Positions 24,834-33,455 are shown, counted from the first letter of the stretch. The stretch is 64,000 bases of DNA from Clostridiales bacterium Firm_04 (GCA_001603005.1 LVAJ01000028.1:14073-78072); one strand, 5' to 3'. Made by a program: numbers and translations. Notes: generated by a model from the sequence alone, not told the origin.

Positions 24834-25041
24834 GGTGCTCATCCTTTCTGTTGTGATTATCATCCTGTTTCTTGTTCTGTGCGTTTCGCGTGAACAGGCA
24901 GCCGCTGCATGCGCAGATGCAGCCTGCAAGGATCAGATTGCTGCCGATGCTTTTGCCTTCGATGATGTTCAGGATCAGCGCGATCAGAGATGCGCAGATG
25001 CCGATGCTTGCAATAATGCGGTAGATACGTTCGCTTGTCAT
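24826..25041 (-). CDS. 71-aa two-TM membrane protein
   Basis: MTSERIYRIIASIGICASLIALILNIIEGKSIGSNLILAGCICACSGCLFTRN... The ATG overlaps the upstream stop (ATGA at 25038-25041). Confidence 0.6.
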   Translation of the reverse strand: MTSERIYRIIASIGICASLIALILNIIEGKSIGSNLILAGCICACSGCLFTRNAQNKKQDDNHNRKDEHHE

Positions 25042-25751
25042 GACAGATTCTCCTTATGATCGGTTTCAGTTTCTTTTGTATTCTGCTTGTTTCTGGATTT
25101 TTCGCCGGTGAAATCGAGGTTTGAGAACATCAGATAGTAGAGGATCGCAAGTCCGAAGTTCTTTGTGAGCATGCCCATGCACAGCGCCAGCGAAACAGCG
25201 ATCCAGAAGTTCGGGGAATTGAGCTTCACGGTCTTGACATCCTGCTCGACTTCCTTCTGCGTAAAGACGGTCTCGCCGATCTGCGCCTTCTGCACCCTGT
25301 TGGAGAGCAGCATCTGATCGCGCAGGATCCGGATGACTTCTTCTTCCAGCGCCGGCAGATCGTCCTCATGACCTGCCGCAGCTTCCAGAGCCGTCAGTTC
25401 ATAGTGCCGCTGCACCTTTTTGCCGATCATGCCGTCCTCGATCACAGTGATGATCGCCCAGCACACGCAGTTTTTATCCTTGCCGCGCTTTGCAAAGACA
25501 AAGCCCTTTGCGTCGAAAGCCTGTTCTGCAAGCGTCAGCAGGCGTTCTGCCTGTTCGGGGCTGTCCGCATTCGCGGTGAACATCGGCTTGCGGCTCTTTC
25601 TGCGGCTGATCTGCACAACGGAAGGCTCTCCGAAGATCTTTCCGGCTTCCTTTGCGATCCGCTTCGCCGCTTTGCGGTTTTCTTCTTTGTAATCGGAATG
25701 CTCTGCGGAATCAGCGCCGCAGTCCCGCATATCAATGATCTGGTTGTTCAT
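25038..25751 (-). CDS. 237-aa protein of unknown function: soluble N-terminal domain plus C-terminal TM hairpin
   Basis: ATG at 25751 follows GGAGG. There is a hydrophobic C-terminal segment FWIAVSLALCMGMLTKNFGLAILYYLMF. I recognise no family motif. Confidence 0.6.
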   Translation of the reverse strand: MNNQIIDMRDCGADSAEHSDYKEENRKAAKRIAKEAGKIFGEPSVVQISRRKSRKPMFTANADSPEQAERLLTLAEQAFDAKGFVFAKRGKDKNCVCWAIITVIEDGMIGKKVQRHYELTALEAAAGHEDDLPALEEEVIRILRDQMLLSNRVQKAQIGETVFTQKEVEQDVKTVKLNSPNFWIAVSLALCMGMLTKNFGLAILYYLMFSNLDFTGEKSRNKQNTKETETDHKENLS

Positions 25752-25816
25752 GGTGTTTGACCTCCGTTCCTGTGATGATTGGAGTATACCACAGATTTTC
25801 CGGAAATGGGGAAATT

Positions 25817-25847
25817 TGTCGCGAACGGTACAGTTCCTGTCGCAAAC
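25817..25847. promoter_or_regulatory. Candidate LytTR-regulator binding site: two 10-bp direct repeats with 21-bp period
   Basis: TGTCGCGAAC (25817-25826), an 11-nt spacer, then TGTCGCAAAC (25838-25847). On the minus strand they sit just upstream of a weak -35 and an extended -10 TGgTATACT (25791-25783). On the plus strand they sit 15 nt upstream of the TTGCAT -35. Confidence 0.45.
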
Positions 25848-25862
25848 TGCAAATTGCCGTAC

Positions 25863-25891
25863 TTGCATTTTTCGGGTATATATGGTATACT
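25863..25891 (+). promoter_or_regulatory. Sigma-A type promoter (TTGCAT-17-TATACT) of the LytTR RR / HK operon
   Basis: TTGCATttttcgggtatatatggTATACT, 32 nt upstream of the ATG at 25924. Confidence 0.6.
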
Positions 25892-25923
25892 TTCTTTAGA
25901 CAAAAAACAAACGGAGGTTTCAC

Positions 25924-26625
25924 ATGCGAATTGCAATTTGTGATGATGAGCGGAAATTTCGGGATGATTTCTGCCAAATCACCGACCGGCTCTACAAGAG
26001 CCTTGACATGCTGGTGGACAGCTTTTCGAGCGGACCTGCCCTGTTGAAGCAGTTCCGGCTGCGCGCCTACGATCTGGTTTTTCTGGATATCGAGATGCCG
26101 GAAATGGACGGCATCACGCTGGCAGAGGAGCTGCGGGCGCTCAGCGAGGAGGTCAGCATCGTTTTTCTGACCGGACATATCGAGTACGCGATCAAGGGCT
26201 ACGAGGTCAATGCGCTGCGCTATCTGACAAAGCCCGCGGACGCGGAACAGGTCAAAGCGGTGATCGACCGCGTGCTGCAAAAGCTCGAAAACGAAAAGCA
26301 GATCTGGATCCGGACAGATGAGGGCGACATGCGCCTGCGGCTGCCGGAGATCCTGTTCATCGAGTCGCAGAATCAGAATGTGGTCATCAACACCGCTTCG
26401 GACAGCTATTCCGTGCGCGGCAACATGAGCGACTACGAGGAACGCCTGACGCCGGAGGGATTCTTCCGCATCCACCGCGGCTATCTGGTCTCGCTGTCCA
26501 AGGTGCAGCGGATCTCCGGCAAGGAGGCGGTCATGGAGGACGGCACGGTGCTGCCGGTCAGCCGCAGCAAGGAGGCAAAGCTGCGCGAGGCGCTGTTTTC
26601 ATTTGTCAGGAGGGATGCGTTTTGA
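25924..26625 (+). CDS. LytR/AlgR (LytTR DNA-binding domain) response regulator
   Basis: Receiver domain MRIAICDDE...DLVFLDIEMPEMDGI. LytTR domain LPEILFIESQNQNVVINT...FFRIHRGYLVSLSKV. Confidence 0.9.
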   Translation: MRIAICDDERKFRDDFCQITDRLYKSLDMLVDSFSSGPALLKQFRLRAYDLVFLDIEMPEMDGITLAEELRALSEEVSIVFLTGHIEYAIKGYEVNALRYLTKPADAEQVKAVIDRVLQKLENEKQIWIRTDEGDMRLRLPEILFIESQNQNVVINTASDSYSVRGNMSDYEERLTPEGFFRIHRGYLVSLSKVQRISGKEAVMEDGTVLPVSRSKEAKLREALFSFVRRDAF

Positions 26626-28073
26626 TGATAGAACAGCTTATCTGGTCATTGATCTATTATGTTTTCAATTTTCTGGATTTTGTCCTGATCTTTTTGGGCA
26701 TAGCAATCCTGATGCACTGCTTCTGCGATGATGCGATCGTCGTATCGAAAAAGCGGACGCTGCTGTTCAGTGCAGGCAATCTGGTGGCTCTGATCGGCAT
26801 AACAGTTTCTCAAGTCTTCAGCGGGTACATATACGGATGTATAGTGGGCTTCATATCGAAGAAGCTTCAGCAGGAGATAGATTACGGCAATGCAATGGAT
26901 GTTTATTATATTCTGCAGTCAATTCCGATGTATCTGTGGATGACCTTTATGATCGCCTTTCGGAAAGGCTCCGGTGTGAAAAAAACAATTCTGCGCATGA
27001 TTGGCAGCTTTTGCATATTCCTGCTGTTTTCCACGGCATGCACCATTCCGAAAGAACTGATCCAATATGGTGTGAATGAAACAGGCATGTTCAGCAAGCA
27101 TTTATCCGAAGTATCATTATTTGATCTTGCGGTGCTTGAAATCTCACGCTGTGCGTTCCAGATTGTGCTCGTTCTGATTCTGTATTACGGTTTTTACCGG
27201 AAGGGCGTGGCACTTCGCATGCGCAAGGTGGATGTGGCAGCACTGATCGCCTATTACCTCATGCTGCGGGGGCTGACCGTACTGTTTCATCAGGTGGAAA
27301 AAGAGGAAATCCAGCTCGGCGGCGGCAATCCGGCGGTGCGGATCGTATTGATCGCAGCCATGCTCCTGCTGATCGTGATGATTCCGGTGCTGCTTGTGCG
27401 AACCCGCCTCAGCGCATCCTATAAGGAACTGAACGCATATCAGCAGAACTTTCTGGAAGCCGAGCTCAATGCGTCAAGGCAGTACAAGGCGGCGCAGGAG
27501 GATACCCGCGCATTCCGGCATGATGTGCAGAACAATCTGACCGCGATCGCAATGCTGATGCAGGAGGGCAGGATCGACGAGGCGGAGCGTTACCTCAACG
27601 ACATGCGCACAGAGGTCAATGCGCTGTCCCCGAAGGTCGTCAGCGGCGATGACATGGTCGATTCGCTGATCTCCTCGAAGCTTGCGAAAATGTCGGAGAA
27701 CGGCATCCGGTTCAGCATGGACGGCGTGATCGACGGCGGACTGAACTGGAAGCCTATGGATATCTGCACGGTGTTTGCGAATCTGCTGGACAACGCGATC
27801 GAAGCGGCGTCGCAGACAGAGGACGGCTTCATCCGGCTGGAATGCAAAAAGACCGGTCATCACCGCCTGATCCGCGCATCGAACAGCTGCAGGGAGAATG
27901 TGGACTGCGAATCGCTGCTCTCCGGCGAAAGCCACATCACCAGCAAAGAGGACAAGTCCCTGCACGGCTACGGCATCGGCAACATCCGCAAGACCGTGGA
28001 AAAATACGGCGGCATGATGCAGATCTCCTGTGCAGAGCGCGTGTTCACAATGGAGCTTCTGCTGGCAAAATGA
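26622..28073 (+). CDS. AgrC/ComD-like GHKL sensor histidine kinase (HPK10 type) with multi-TM sensor
   Basis: ~260-aa polytopic N-terminus, H-box FRHDVQNNL, N-box NLLDNAIEA and G-box HGYGIGNIRKTVEKYGG. The ATG overlaps the RR stop (ATGA). Confidence 0.85.
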   Translation: MMIEQLIWSLIYYVFNFLDFVLIFLGIAILMHCFCDDAIVVSKKRTLLFSAGNLVALIGITVSQVFSGYIYGCIVGFISKKLQQEIDYGNAMDVYYILQSIPMYLWMTFMIAFRKGSGVKKTILRMIGSFCIFLLFSTACTIPKELIQYGVNETGMFSKHLSEVSLFDLAVLEISRCAFQIVLVLILYYGFYRKGVALRMRKVDVAALIAYYLMLRGLTVLFHQVEKEEIQLGGGNPAVRIVLIAAMLLLIVMIPVLLVRTRLSASYKELNAYQQNFLEAELNASRQYKAAQEDTRAFRHDVQNNLTAIAMLMQEGRIDEAERYLNDMRTEVNALSPKVVSGDDMVDSLISSKLAKMSENGIRFSMDGVIDGGLNWKPMDICTVFANLLDNAIEAASQTEDGFIRLECKKTGHHRLIRASNSCRENVDCESLLSGESHITSKEDKSLHGYGIGNIRKTVEKYGGMMQISCAERVFTMELLLAK

Positions 28074-28102
28074 GCGCGGAAAATCCGCATTTGCTGCATA
28101 CG

Positions 28103-28154
28103 AAAAAATCAGCAGGCAGATCCCTTTTCCGGGGCATCTGCCTGCTGTGTTTTG
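28103..28154. terminator. Bidirectional terminator between convergent HK and anti-sigma genes
   Basis: AAAAAATCAGCAGGCAGAT-loop-ATCTGCCTGCTGTGTTTTG. Confidence 0.8.
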
Positions 28155-28163
28155 TGCTGTCGG

Positions 28164-30827
28164 TTATCGGATCTCTTTGATTACGTATCCGGTTTTGGGA
28201 TCGACAAAGAGGAAGCTTGTGCCGGTATCCGTTTCCGCCCGCAGTACGAGCGCGTAGGAGCGGAAACCGTTCCACTCAAAGCCGCAGAGATGAACATCTG
28301 TGCAGTTTTTCGGCATATAGATTTCATTATCCTGTGTGCCGCCGAGCCATTCGCGCACCGAGAAATTGAGCGGATCCATCTGAATATAGAAGAATCTTCC
28401 GTCCGGTCCGGCAGTGAGATTCGGTCTGACGAGCGGACGTTCTGTCAGCTGTACCGGCTGTCCGTTCACGCGGGTATAAAGCCCTTGATCCGCAGTGTAA
28501 TAGAATTCGGAATCCGCACTGACATAAGCATCTTTGATCTTTCCGTATGCGGTCGGATCCGGCAGGTCGTCGATCGGATCGCCGGGGCATGTTCTGACAT
28601 GGAGCTCCTGATTCATGATCGCGTACAGTTCTGTCTGCTCCGCGTTGCAGAAGTAGAGCTGAATGCCTGCCGGTGCCGGCTCATGGGAGAGGATTATGCC
28701 GGTCGAATCCGTCCACACTTCGATGGTGCTGATATTGCCAGCCTGATCTGTTCCCGTGATTGTGAGAAAATAGCGATCCTTGATATTCCAGATATAATCG
28801 CAGATATAATGCATGCCGTTATTTGCCGAATCATTCAGCGTGCGCAGATAATTCTGCACTTCCGCAGTGTTGAGCGGCGTGTAAATGCCGGCGTCGTCAA
28901 CTATGGTCAGATCCCTCGTGTAGACACATTTGCCGTCAGAGATGAACGGCTCAGAGGGTGCAGGCGCACCGTTGATGCGCGCAGGAACCGGTTCTTTTTC
29001 GCCGCCTGTCAGCGGGCAGCGGTACCATTGTCCGCCGCTGCCGTTGATATCATAGAAATAGAAATCGTTTTCATCGCGGTAAAGCGCAATGCTGCCGTGT
29101 TCATCCCAGTCCACGGGGAACAGGTCGCCGGTGCCGCCGAAGATATTTTCACTGCTGTTCTGCCAATCTGCGGAAGCAGTGGTAACGGCAGTCGTTGCGG
29201 CGGAAGTCTGCGCGGTCGTCTGCTGTGTGCCGGTGGTCTGCGCGGTCGCAGCTGCGGTCGTCACGGCAGGCTGAACGGTTGTCTGCTGTGCAGCGGTGGT
29301 CTGTGCGGTGTTTTCTGCATCTGCATCGGCGGAATCGGGCAGCGTGTAAAGATATGTTTTACCGGTACTGCGGTCGATCAGCGCATAGCCGAAGACAGGA
29401 TTCTGATAGGCAAAGCTGACCAGAACATAGTTCTCATCGACTGCGACGATCTCTGCATTGGAGAAGTCGCCCTTGACAGCCTTTTGCAGCGCGCTGCTGA
29501 ATGCATCGGTCATGCCGCTGCGGAAATCGCAGATCTCCTCGACATTTGTCCAGTCCGGATCTGCGCAGACAAGCTTGGCACCGCCGTCGGTCAGCGCATA
29601 GATCTTGCCGTGATCGGCAACGAAATGCTTGAAATCCGCGTTGTCAAGAATTACTTCTGCTTCCGCATCGCCCGGATTGGTCAATGCAAACGGTGCATCC
29701 TCTGCCTGTGCATCATCGGATGCAGACGGTGTGAGGCTGACCTTGCTGTAACGGAATTGATGCGCTGTGTCAGAATACTTCTCATAAGCCGAAGGATCGG
29801 GCTGGATATCGCTGCGTATCATCGTCTTGAAGTATTCCTGCTCTGTGACGTCTGTGAGATAATACAGGCAGCCGTTTGCGACCGTGTATGCAGAATACGA
29901 AGTGCCGATCGTGCCGAGCGACCTGATCTCGACCGGATCGGGCGTGACGCGGGAAATGCCGCCGTTTGATTCGACAATTGCAATGTCTTTTCCGTCCGTG
30001 ACGAATATCGGTGCAGAGAGCATGTCATACGGAATGGCTTTCTGCTCGCCGGTTTCCGGCTGATAAATGCTGGAAAAGATCTTATAATTGGGGCTGACGG
30101 TCTGTTCCGATGCGGTCGAGACCGAATAGGAGATGCTGTAATACCCGTCCGCGAGTTTCTGCACATCGCAGTAAATCGTATCTGCGATCTCTGTTCCGAC
30201 CTGCGTCTGCACCGCATCCATGTCGATCGTGTAGAACGGTGTCTCGCCGATATGATTGCCCTGCATGTCGATGCGGTAAAGCGCGCTGCCCTCTGCGCGG
30301 TAGAACTGCTCGCCGTCCCACAGCACATCGCTTGCCTTGCGCTCCTGCACGGTGCCGGTCTCATTGCCGCCGCGTGCGGTCTGATAGACAGCGTCCATGA
30401 AATAGACATTGTCATTGTCGTACATCAGTTTTGTGCTGCCGGCAGCATGGACCGTGCCCAGACCGCCGAGGAAATTCTGGACGGCTTTCGATTCGCTGTC
30501 AGAGATCTGCTGCCGATTCTGCTTTGCCTGCTGAACGATAAACCAGCCGCTTCCGACGAAGACGGCGCATGCGGCAGCTGCGACAAAGCCGGTTGTAATG
30601 CGCTGCCAGACTGATTGTTTGGTGCTCATACGGATTTTTTCCTTTCCGCCGCGGCGGTCCGGAGCAGCATTGCGGCGGCGCTGTTCGCTGCCGGCTGTTT
30701 TCGCTTCGGGAACCTGTTTGACTGCGGCTTTGCGGGATTCTCCGTGCTTGAGCCTGCTCGGTTTTGCGGCGTCAATGATCTGATCCGGAATGCCTTCCAT
30801 TGCGTCAAAAATGTCGATCGGCTTCAT
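28164..30827 (-). CDS. Putative anti-sigma factor: 887-aa single-pass membrane protein with large extracellular (beta-propeller-like) domains
   Basis: The ATG overlaps the sigma stop (ATGA at 30824-30827). N-terminus MKPIDIFDAMEGIPDQIIDAAKPS is paralogous to the 10169 protein. One TM segment (ITTGFVAAAACAVFVGSGWFIV) and an internal T/Q/A linker. Anti-sigma role is inferred from context. Confidence 0.55.
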   Translation of the reverse strand: MKPIDIFDAMEGIPDQIIDAAKPSRLKHGESRKAAVKQVPEAKTAGSEQRRRNAAPDRRGGKEKIRMSTKQSVWQRITTGFVAAAACAVFVGSGWFIVQQAKQNRQQISDSESKAVQNFLGGLGTVHAAGSTKLMYDNDNVYFMDAVYQTARGGNETGTVQERKASDVLWDGEQFYRAEGSALYRIDMQGNHIGETPFYTIDMDAVQTQVGTEIADTIYCDVQKLADGYYSISYSVSTASEQTVSPNYKIFSSIYQPETGEQKAIPYDMLSAPIFVTDGKDIAIVESNGGISRVTPDPVEIRSLGTIGTSYSAYTVANGCLYYLTDVTEQEYFKTMIRSDIQPDPSAYEKYSDTAHQFRYSKVSLTPSASDDAQAEDAPFALTNPGDAEAEVILDNADFKHFVADHGKIYALTDGGAKLVCADPDWTNVEEICDFRSGMTDAFSSALQKAVKGDFSNAEIVAVDENYVLVSFAYQNPVFGYALIDRSTGKTYLYTLPDSADADAENTAQTTAAQQTTVQPAVTTAAATAQTTGTQQTTAQTSAATTAVTTASADWQNSSENIFGGTGDLFPVDWDEHGSIALYRDENDFYFYDINGSGGQWYRCPLTGGEKEPVPARINGAPAPSEPFISDGKCVYTRDLTIVDDAGIYTPLNTAEVQNYLRTLNDSANNGMHYICDYIWNIKDRYFLTITGTDQAGNISTIEVWTDSTGIILSHEPAPAGIQLYFCNAEQTELYAIMNQELHVRTCPGDPIDDLPDPTAYGKIKDAYVSADSEFYYTADQGLYTRVNGQPVQLTERPLVRPNLTAGPDGRFFYIQMDPLNFSVREWLGGTQDNEIYMPKNCTDVHLCGFEWNGFRSYALVLRAETDTGTSFLFVDPKTGYVIKEIR

Positions 30828-31393
30828 AAGAATCCCTCCTGTTCAAGATGTTTCCGAAGCTTTTGGCGTGTGCGCATCAGTGTGACAGATACCTTGGATC
30901 TGGAAATGCCGAGGTCTTCCGCGATGTCTTCGATCGAGCAGACGTACCAGTAGCGCTGGACAAAGATCGTCTGCTGCTCGGGCTTCAATGTCTCCAGAAA
31001 TTCGGTGATCGTTTCCTGAAGTGCCATTCTGTCGATGTGCTGTTCCACCGTGTCAGGATCGGTGCAGCAGTCATGCAGTTCGTCGAGCACGAGCGTTGTC
31101 TCTCCGCCGCCGCGTTTCTGTGCGTGCTTCATCTTATAGCGCTTTGTCGCGACGGATCGTGCGACAGATGCGAAATACGCATACACATTCTCCGGATTTG
31201 CCGGCGGGATGTGATCCCACAGACGCATCAGAACATCATTGACGCATTCCTCTGCGTCCTGTACGCTGCCGAGGATATTATGCGCAATGGTATAGAGATA
31301 TCCGCCGAATTTGCGCTGTGTCTCGGCGACCGCCTGTTCATTCCGGTCGAAGTACAGCCCTATGAGTTCCTTGTCATCCAACGTGATCAACAT
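30824..31393 (-). CDS. ECF-like sigma-70 family sigma factor, paralogue of 9606-10172
   Basis: LGSVQDAEECVNDVLMRLWDHIPPANPE..., KRGGGE, and region 4 QQTIFVQRYWYVCSIEDIAEDLGISRSKVSVTLMRTRQKL. Start is uncertain: the ATG at 31393 has a very short RBS spacing. Confidence 0.82.
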   Translation of the reverse strand: MLITLDDKELIGLYFDRNEQAVAETQRKFGGYLYTIAHNILGSVQDAEECVNDVLMRLWDHIPPANPENVYAYFASVARSVATKRYKMKHAQKRGGGETTLVLDELHDCCTDPDTVEQHIDRMALQETITEFLETLKPEQQTIFVQRYWYVCSIEDIAEDLGISRSKVSVTLMRTRQKLRKHLEQEGFL

Positions 31394-31428
31394 CCTTTCG
31401 GTTCGGTTTTGAAGCGGCTTCAAATTGA

Positions 31429-31457
31429 GAGACACCAAACACACATGCCGCATTACA
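31429..31457 (-). promoter_or_regulatory. Candidate ECF-type promoter (TGTAAT-18-GTCTC) with conserved upstream A/T tract
   Basis: Minus strand reads CAAAAAAATTTTTTCGGAAAAAGTGTAAT-N18-GTCTC. It is near-identical in its upstream part to 9524-9575. Confidence 0.5.
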
Positions 31458-31494
31458 CTTTTTCCGAAAAAATTTTTTTGGGGTACGAAAACTG

Positions 31495-31523
31495 CAAAAG
31501 AAGCTCCCCTTTTTCGGGGGAGC
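31495..31523 (-). terminator. Intrinsic terminator of the LuxR-RR/HK operon
   Basis: Minus strand shows GCTCCCC-GAAAAA-GGGGAGC followed by TTCTTTT. Confidence 0.75.
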
Positions 31524-31543
31524 CTGATACGGATGCGGGTTTG

Positions 31544-32170
31544 TTACGCTTTGACCTCTGTATAATAGTAGACGGCAAGCTGGGTGCGGTCGCGCAGAGA
31601 AAGCTTGTCGAGCAGCTCGCTCACATAATTGCGGACAGTGCCCTCTCCGAGGCAGAGCCGCGCCGCGATCTCCTTGTTGCTGAGCCCTTCCGCGACCAGT
31701 TCCATGATCTCGCGCTCCTTTTCGCTGATGCCGTGTGCTGCATAATCATAGGTTTCCGGCTGCTTCATCATCTCCGGCAGCCGCGAAATGATCGTCTCGC
31801 CGAAGACGCTCTGTCCGCGCATGACGGCTTCCAGCGCCGGTGCGATGCCCTCGAAATCCTGCTTGAGAATGTAGCCCTTTGCACCCATGCGCAATGCCTT
31901 GACGATGTATTCATCATCGGAAAAGGTCGTCAGATACAGCAGCTTTGCGTCCGGCGATGCTTTGAGGATCTGCTCGCCGGCTTCCAGACCGGTCATGCCG
32001 TCCATGCGAATGTCCATCAGCATGACATCCGGCTTTTCTGCTTCATAGAGCCGGATCGCCTCTGCACCGCTGCTGCCCATTGCGGCGACGGTGATCCGTC
32101 CGGTCGCTTCGAGGATCGTTTTCAGCGAGATCGCGACCAGTTTGTCATCATCAATCACGACGATTTTCAT
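31544..32170 (-). CDS. NarL/FixJ (LuxR HTH) family response regulator
   Basis: MKIVVIDDDKLV...DVMLMDIRMDGMTGLE. HTH region ISEKEREIMELVAEGLSNKEIAARLCLGEGTVRNYVSELLDKL. Confidence 0.9.
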   Translation of the reverse strand: MKIVVIDDDKLVAISLKTILEATGRITVAAMGSSGAEAIRLYEAEKPDVMLMDIRMDGMTGLEAGEQILKASPDAKLLYLTTFSDDEYIVKALRMGAKGYILKQDFEGIAPALEAVMRGQSVFGETIISRLPEMMKQPETYDYAAHGISEKEREIMELVAEGLSNKEIAARLCLGEGTVRNYVSELLDKLSLRDRTQLAVYYYTEVKA

Positions 32171-33243
32171 AAATTCTCCTTCTGTACAGATGCGAAAATG
32201 CGGAATCCGTTTTCCGAGGGCGTAAAGCTGATCTGCCCGCCGATGCCTTCCGCTCTGTCCTTCATATTTTTGAGCCCGATGCCGGTTTCCGTGATCGCGC
32301 TGCAATGCCCGTTGTCTTCAATCACGAGCTGATAGAATGCGGGATGCTCGCGCAGAACAATGAGAATGCGGTCGCCGTCCGAATGCCGGACTGCATTGGA
32401 AAGTCCCTCTTTGATGATGCCCGCCATGCACAGCTTGACGCTGCCGGGCGCGCGGTCGCTGATGTCGTAATCCAGCCGGACGGTGAAGCGATCCTGTACC
32501 GCCGCGATGCTGTCCTCGATCACCTTTTTCAGGTCGATCGAATCATCATGCAGCGTATGCACGCTTTCACGCATGCTGGTCATTGCCGTGTCCAGCGTAT
32601 CCTTCAAGCCGTTGAGCGGCTCCTTCATCTGTTCATCCTGATTGATGACCGTCAGCGCACCCGCCTGCAGGAGTGCGCGCGTCAGCATATGCCCGACGTT
32701 GTCATGGATCTCGCGGGCGATGCGGTTGCGCTCCTTCATCGTCGCGAGGCGGATCTCCGTATCCTGCATTTCTGCCATTTTCAGATTCTGGTCGGTCAGC
32801 AGCAGATTCCGCTCCGTGACGGTATCACGCAGCGCGGTCAGCCTGCCGACCTGACCGGTGAGCACCGAAATGCGCCGGTAGAGCAGGAGCGCTGCCGCAA
32901 TGCCGACCGCAATTGTCAGATACTGCGCGGTGAGCAGATTCCGCCCTGCCATGCCCAGTGCGGGAACTGCCGGCAGGACGAGCCACCATTTTTTCAGCGT
33001 TAGCGCGTCATAGAGCAGCAGCGGCAGTGCGCAGAGCGCGAGCGGGAACAGCAGTCCGGCAGCCGCGCCTGCCGCGATCAGTCCCGCGGAGACTGCGCTG
33101 TACTTCTGCGGGATCAGGATGACGGCAGCCGACAGACAGAAATACATCAGCAGCAGCGCCACCGGAGCAGTCAGGCTGTTTGCCGTAAAAAAGCCGATCA
33201 TGCAGATCAGCGCAACGACCAGTTTTTCCGACAGTCCGTCCAT
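32167..33243 (-). CDS. Sensor histidine kinase, HisKA_3 (DesK/LiaS/YvfT-like) type
   Basis: Four or five N-terminal TM segments, H-box ERNRIAREIHDNVGHMLT and a HATPase region (GLSNAVRHS, GIGLKNMKDRAEGIGG). ATG at 33243 follows GAGGGGGGGA. Confidence 0.88.
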   Translation of the reverse strand: MDGLSEKLVVALICMIGFFTANSLTAPVALLLMYFCLSAAVILIPQKYSAVSAGLIAAGAAAGLLFPLALCALPLLLYDALTLKKWWLVLPAVPALGMAGRNLLTAQYLTIAVGIAAALLLYRRISVLTGQVGRLTALRDTVTERNLLLTDQNLKMAEMQDTEIRLATMKERNRIAREIHDNVGHMLTRALLQAGALTVINQDEQMKEPLNGLKDTLDTAMTSMRESVHTLHDDSIDLKKVIEDSIAAVQDRFTVRLDYDISDRAPGSVKLCMAGIIKEGLSNAVRHSDGDRILIVLREHPAFYQLVIEDNGHCSAITETGIGLKNMKDRAEGIGGQISFTPSENGFRIFASVQKENL

Positions 33244-33300
33244 GTGCTCCCCCCCCTCTGCATTTGCAAATTTGTTCGTCAGAACCGTTTTACCGGTACT

Positions 33301-33329
33301 ATTATAACATGGACGCGCCGAATTTGCAA
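33301..33329 (-). promoter_or_regulatory. Sigma-A type promoter (TTGCAA-17-TATAAT) of the HK/RR operon
   Basis: Minus-strand reading is TTGCAAattcggcgcgtccatgtTATAAT. Confidence 0.55.
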
Positions 33330-33346
33330 CCCTGATGCGCGCGGAT

Positions 33347-33411
33347 ATGACATTTGTCATGTCACAAACTGATTCCGGACACTGGTAAATGACATTTGTT
33401 TCTGCTATAAT
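33347..33411 (+). promoter_or_regulatory. Repeated ATGACATTTGT boxes overlapping an activator-type promoter of the ABC operon
   Basis: ATGACATTTGT occurs at 33347-33357 (part of the near-palindrome TGACATTTGTCA) and again at 33389-33399, 42 bp apart. The second copy fills the spacer upstream of TATAAT (33406-33411), where the -35 is poor. Confidence 0.4.
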
Positions 33412-33455
33412 CATATCAGAACAAAATAAGCCCGTTCTGCGAAAGGAGTATCAAC

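Noticed and set aside
24426-28163. A hidden agrD/comC-like signalling peptide or agrB near the AgrC/LytTR pair
   Set aside because: I scanned the intergenic regions (24426-24635, 25752-25923, 28074-28163) by eye and saw no short ORF with an RBS and a leader-peptide-like sequence. Absence cannot be proven without a systematic small-ORF search.
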